A stretch of 64,000 nucleotides of DNA from the human T2T-CHM13v2.0 reference genome, Homo sapiens. This document shows, one piece after another, positions 58,050 through 64,000 of this stretch; position 1 is the first letter of the stretch; every line of letters starts with the position of its first letter. The position numbers and the translations under genes were made by a program. The notes under the pieces were generated by a model. It saw only the letters and a list, made by a program, of their open reading frames with translations. It was not told where the DNA came from and searched no databases. The stretch lies in the NCBI RefSeq assembly GCF_009914755.1, contig NC_060928.1. One strand, written 5' to 3'.

Positions 58050-60300
58050 CTTTTAAAAATGCCAGATTCTCTGCAGTCTCACTTTGCTGAGCCACAGGTT
58101 CTGGGAGCCATTTTTGGACACTTTGGTGCTAGATTCAAGGCCTGTACCTGCTAATGATTCAGGTTGTTACTACTACTGCACAATGCTTTTGGTTGTCTCC
58201 TTTCTACAGTCTCCAAAGACCATCCAACTTCTCAACCCCACTTCTATTTCTCTTCTTCTCAGCAGAACTATAACTGCCCTCTTCTCCACCTCAAAACCTT
58301 TCGGTATGTGCTGTTTTCTCACTCTTGGTGCCCGCTGAGGAAAAAGAATTCATTTTCCCCAAGCTTATCTCTTATTCTCACTCATGCCCACAACCTCCTC
58401 ATCTGTGCCCAATAAATACTACCCTCTTTCTTTGCATTATCAGTCCTTCTCTTCCTTAGTCTTTTTCCTCTTCTTTCAAATAAGCTTTGGTTTTATTTAT
58501 CCCCAAAGTTAATTCCCTTGACCTGAGGAATCCCTGAAATTACTCCCAATTCTCTTTTTCTCTTTTATCTTCCCTACTTTTTTTTTTTGAGATAAGAGTC
58601 TCACTGTGTCGCCCAGGCTGGAGTGCAGTGGTGCAATCCTGGCTTACTGCAAGCTCTGCCTTCCAGGTTCATGCCATTCTCCTGCCTTAGGCTCCTGAGT
58701 AGCTGGGACTACAGGGGCCCGCCACCACACCCGGCTAAATTTTTGTATTTTTAGTAGAGAAGGGGTTTTCACAGTGTTAGCCAGATGGTCTGGATCTCCT
58801 GACCTCGCGATCCGCCCACCTAGGCCTCCCAAAGTGCTGGGATTACAGGCGTGAGCCACCACACCCAGCCCCCTATTTTGTTAAACAAGCAAGCTTTTTC
58901 ATGTTATCGCCATTTGTTCCTTAATCCCAAGAAAGTCATTAATTCTTTATCCTTCAGCAAACATTAAATACCTATTTTATTTTATGCAATGTGCTAGGTT
59001 CTGAGCATACGAAAACAAGTAACAGTCTAATGACCCAATCCTCGTGACCTTGTCCTAAACACTATTGAAATTCTGCCATATGGGAAATCAAGGCCTTTTC
59101 TTGGTCTTCATTTCTCTCTACTTCTCTACAATTCTGAACATTACTAGCCACCCCTCCTTTGCAAAAATTCCCTCCCTCAGAATTCAAATCACTGCATTAT
59201 CCTAATTTCCTTCATACCTTTCTGCCATATCCTTCCATTTATCCTAAACTAGCCCTCTTTTCATCCATTAAAATGCAGTATTTCCCTACACCACTATCCT
59301 AGGCCCTCTTTTCTTTCCTTTCTATACTCTCCATTGTTATCTTATCCACTAGCATAGCTTCTACTATCTTCTCCGTGCAAATGAATCACAAAATTGATTA
59401 TCATAGCCGCAAAATTGATTATCACAGTTTTATAGATAAGAAAACCAAGGCTTGAGAAGGTCACAAGAACTTGGAAGTGGCAGAGCCACTTCTTGAATCT
59501 TGGCAATCTGATTTCACAGCCAATGCTGGTAACCTACACAGTACATTGCATGTTCTCCAGAGGCACTTTTCAAGGACCACACCCAATTTTCAAAGGTCTT
59601 TTTGATAAGTCAGTGTGAATATATTGTGTATACCTCAAATACATATCAATTAATCATCTTCCCTCATCAAAATCAGTTCTTGATTCTCACTTCTCAACTA
59701 GTTACACGAAAACTAATTCTCCCCATGACTCAGCTTTGAAACTTCAGCCCTCCTGCCACATCTGTTATTATCTTAAGGTTTCAGAATCTCAGTGTCTCTC
59801 ATAATCCAGGCCAATCCATCGTATTCATTCACTGCTACCAAGTAACATCATAGAGGCTCTCTTTAATGTGTCTCTGGTATACTTAAGAGCAAATTTGCAA
59901 TTTGGTAAACTACCTTTACGTGTTTTTAACCTTTTCTTTCCTGATTTCCCAGATTGTCTATCCTTTGCCCAAATAAACATTTTTGGTTCTTCCCTAAACA
60001 TTGATACTTTCCTGCATTCCTGTGTCTTTGTCCTTCTTTCTTCCTTCTATGCACTGCCACTTCTGCTTCCTCAATGTTACCTTTCTTGCTTCTGCCATTA
60101 AATGTCATCACTAGGCTACACTGAATTCTCATAATACTTTCTTCTGATACTGAAGATACATATATATCTTCCCCATAATTATCTATGTATGTCTCCTATT
60201 CATCAAACCAGTTTGTAAGTTTTTTGTGGGAACTGGTCATATGTTATTATCTTCATGTCCCCCACAGCTTACTTTCGACAGGCATAATACAAATAGTTTT
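58050..60300 (+). mobile_element. Degraded L2 with nested AluY and MIR
   Basis: Pyrimidine-rich L2 body, e.g. CCACCCCTCCTTTGCAAAAATTCCCTCC and CCGTGCAAATGAATCACAAAAT. Confidence 0.55.
58578..58870 (-). mobile_element. AluY
   Basis: CTGCAAGCTCTGCC, GTTCATGCCATTCTCC, GTGTTAGCCAG diagnostics; flanks CCCTACTTT / CCCTATTTT. Confidence 0.95.
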
Positions 60301-62749
60301 TCTCTTCTAATATCTTTTAGATAAAATGTTAACCTCGCTTTCTTTCCTCATTAATAGTAGATATAGGCTGTCACATTCCTCAATATTAATGTTAAGCTCC
60401 CAAAGGTATTTGCAGAAAATAAGTGATGTAGCGTTTATTTTCTTGGAGATAAAGCAGGATATAAAATGTTTTAAAGATAGAACATTTTTATAGGAATAGG
60501 ATTTCTGACCCAGAAAGCTGGCCAAATTCCAATCCAGGTAATTCACTCCTGTTCCCCTAATCCTTCTGGGATTTCAGCTGGATAACGCTGTCTCCTCCAT
60601 TCTCTGGCCCAGGAAGGAATATGATGTACCCTACAAAACAGCTGCAACATGCCACACGGGGATGGCAGGCCTTACAGCACTGGGCACAGGAGTCTCTAAA
60701 TGTTCCTTACCCACACTCCAGAAGTACTACAGAACTCAATTAGGAAATGTCTGAAGGTCTTTGAATGAAAGATGCTAAATAAGCATTAGTGTTAGTTACA
60801 ATAATTTTCCAAAGACTCATTTCTCATGCCCTTTGCCTCTTTTATCCCCTAAGCTTGTTATAGAAGGGCTGAATAAATTATTTGCATTCAGGGTGAAGGA
60901 GAAATTATCTGCTCAAAGCTAAGTGCTGTTTTTAAAATTGACCTTGTGTGTGTTCACTGTATATTTCTAATATGGTATTTCTAAGTTTAGATTTATTTGG
61001 TTTGGATTATTTCAAAACATATACCTTAAAACCTTCTATCTGTTTTAAAGTTTGTAGAAGGTCAACAAATATTAACTCAATTTCTATAAATCATTATTAT
61101 TTTAAAAGTTATCTCAATGATCCTTTAGCCACCCCTGTTCATGCCTCAGAGCCTCTTTATTATTTTATCTTATTGGGAGATTATGGACATTATGATTATC
61201 AGCACTAAATGGAGGATACAGTGTTGCAGGTAACCCAATAATTGGTTCTCTGTCAATATAAGACAGTATATATTTTTTTCTTTCAAAAGGACTTTTTAAA
61301 AGTTAACAATTAAATCTTGTTTTCCCTTTTCCTGATCACACAGATGCATTGGGTGAAGGGGGCAAAGTCAACCCAAGGAAATTTTTCCCAAAAATAACTT
61401 CAAAAGTTACAGAAAAGTAGGTCTCAATCCTATCTATAGGAGGTAAATAGTCCTCGTTGACAGGTTTTATTTTTCTTCTCTAATTCTATTAGAATGAAAA
61501 ATGGCCTGAAATCAGGAGATCTACATTTAAGGAACAGGAGTGACTCTGATACTAAAATTCTACTTGAGGTCTGGAATTAGGATTTTTCCCAACCTGCTTA
61601 CTAATGATTATACCAACCCTGAGTCACTATTTTTGAAGTCAATAGGCTTTCTGCTCTACTCCCAAAGTTCCTACATCAACCAAAAAAAAAAAAAATCTAC
61701 CATTAATAATATATATATATATATACATTGAGTAAAACAATGATCCTTTTTACCCCCTTTAAACTACAAGGCAAGCAGTCCTCAAAACTAATAAAAATAG
61801 CAAAATCTTACATATTAATTTTTTTACTGTTGCTAAAATTCTTCTAACAGGGAAAAAATTGCATGGCTGGGCCTTGCTAGGGAGGCTAAATATTTAAATC
61901 GAAGTTGTCTTCTAAGTGAATGGAAGATTGTTTCATTATATAAATCATGGGCATAAAGAAGTGACTATTTCCCTACTACCAGCTTATGCCAAATTATAAA
62001 CTATATCACAGAATTAATCTAACAGAATTTTGAACTTTTTTTTTTTTTTTAAATTCAATAGGAAAAGCGTATGCAAATCTTACTGCTAAAAGTTCTAGGT
62101 CCTCAAATGTGTATTCATTAATCATAAGATGATATCATTTGGGAATCATTTTATTCCTTTATGTTTTCAATAAATACCTGTGGTGGGTGCCAAACACTAC
62201 TCTTGACAATAGGCATTCAAGCAGTTAATAATGTCAGTACCATTTTTAGATATCTTAGTTTTGGATTTGAGCAGAAACTTATGAACTTTTTTAAACAGTC
62301 ATTAATCCATATTGCAACTATAGGAACTACCTTTTAAAGTACTAGCCGATTTTTAAAAACAAATTCTAATTATCCTCCCGTCCTTTATTTTCTACTTAGT
62401 CACTCTTAATTTTTTGTATTGCCCCAAGGCTCACTAAAACAAAATATGAGGTAGGTAAGAGGTTAATTATTCCTCTCTTATCACCTGTTCATTTCAAGTA
62501 ACTCAGTGTTGTAAAATTCTACAATCTGCCTTATTTAAGAACCTCCAACAGCTCTTGCCATACTTAATGATTCGTTGGAAGAAAAAACTCCCATTCTTTT
62601 CACCCGTTTTTGCATGTTTCATGAAACTCTATACCTGATAAGTCTATCACCAAGAGTTAGAAAGTGCTTTTCTCAAGTTCAGTCTTTATTGGTACGTTCC
62701 AATATTCTGGCTTCTCGTGAGTATTTTTTCAACATATACTTTGAACTTG

Positions 62750-63045
62750 TTTTTTTTCCTACCTATCTCTCAGTTCAAAAACTGATTCTTTTGGAAATCC
62801 AGTTCAAACATCAGCTCCTCTAGGAAGTTTTCCCTGACCTCTCATCAACCCAACAGTTATCTCCTACACCTCAGAACCCAGTAAACACTCCCATTGTTAG
62901 ATTTATCAACCTGAATGGTAATTTTACTTGACTTTACATCTGTTCACCTTGAAAGGAGGGACTTTTGTCCTTTGTACCTTCATTTATCCAGCACCTAGCA
63001 GAAGGACCAGAACATGGTGAATAAGCATTTTTTGTTAAATTGAAG
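62750..63045 (+). mobile_element. L2 3' terminal fragment
   Basis: CAGTTCAAACATCAGCTCCTCTAGGAAGTTTTCCCTGACC...CCAGCACCTAGCA. Confidence 0.75.
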
Positions 63046-63084
63046 TTAAAATTTAGAATCACGCTCCTTAAAATTCAATTTCTC

Positions 63085-63625
63085 GCTCGCATACTTTGTC
63101 ATTGGTGGAAACACACAAAATTTACAGGAAGTAATTAGGCAAGAATAATTTTGATGATATTTAATCCTCTAACCCATTAATTCTCCTCTATGAATATTTC
63201 CTAAGAAACTAATCAGAACTATAAAAAAAGTTATACAAAAGAATGTCTATAATAGTGCCAGTCATCATAGCAAAAAGCAAAAATTAAAAAAAATACTAGG
63301 AATACCAAAATAATTAATCAGTTTTCTAGTCACTTAGTGAAGTATAATTCACTTATTAAGAATTCAAAAGATTTGCAGTACATAGGGAAGTTTTATAATT
63401 TTAAGTAAAAAAGCAGGACATAAAATTGTAATATTTTAGTCCAGTATTCTGAAGAAAAAGAAAGTGACAAAATGTTAACAGTGCTTGTTTGGGGGAAATG
63501 AACTACAAATATGTCTTTCCCTCATTCTATTTTTCCATATTTCCCCAAATTCTGTAATTAGAATATATATATTTTATGATATGATTATTTTAAAATGTAT
63601 TTATACAAAACTGTAATAAAGATTT
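63085..63625 (+). mobile_element. Old L1ME-like 3' fragment
   Basis: CATTGGTGGAAACAC...GAATATTTCCTAAGAAACTAATCAGA...AAATGTTAACAGTG. Confidence 0.55.
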
Positions 63626-64000
63626 ATTTCAGAGGTATGTCTGAAGTTTGTAATTCTATACCTAACAAATATTAATGTTTAGTATTAAAGCATATAAAAT
63701 TCACTTTATCAAAGTAATAAAATATTCATCATGGATACAATTTCTACAAAACTGCCAAAATGTACACCTGAACTAACTCCCCAAATCACTATTGCCACTA
63801 TGATTAAAGGCTTTAAGTCATCATTTAAAAATATGATAGGAATACTTTTATGAAAAGAATATTTTCTCATATATAATAGCTATAAATAGAATGTAATATA
63901 TAATATTAAATATATTAGAATAGGTATTAGAAATATGTCTCTAATTTAGTATATGTATTAGCACTGTAAAGCTATAGAATTTGGAACCCCGCCCCCCCCA

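Overview
This is AT-rich, CpG-poor catarrhine primate DNA, most likely human or another ape, as indicated by AluY, AluS and AluJ elements. I recognise no protein-coding exon, RNA gene or CpG island. The window is dominated by interspersed repeats: 16 Alus, old L1M/L1PA, L2, L3/CR1 and MIR fragments, DNA-transposon MITEs (MER47A, MER58, MER33, MER103, MER81, MER44/Tigger7), and solo LTRs (LTR8, LTR47, two MER34-like, MLT1A0, an ERVL-type LTR). The + strand looks A-rich by eye and most good splice-site pairs are on the - strand, so the window is probably inside a long intron of a minus-strand transcript that I cannot name. The listed ORFs are repeat-derived (Alu, L1 ORF2, Tigger7 transposase) or of a length expected by chance. 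I find no convincing new biological system. The best leads are speculative: minus-strand cryptic or micro-exons (some beside UG-rich tracts), a possible internal promoter/enhancer with a 51-aa sORF, and a templated insertion that duplicates the poly(A) signal of the LTR8. Repeat family calls come from recalled consensus sequences, not a search, and boundaries of old repeats are approximate.
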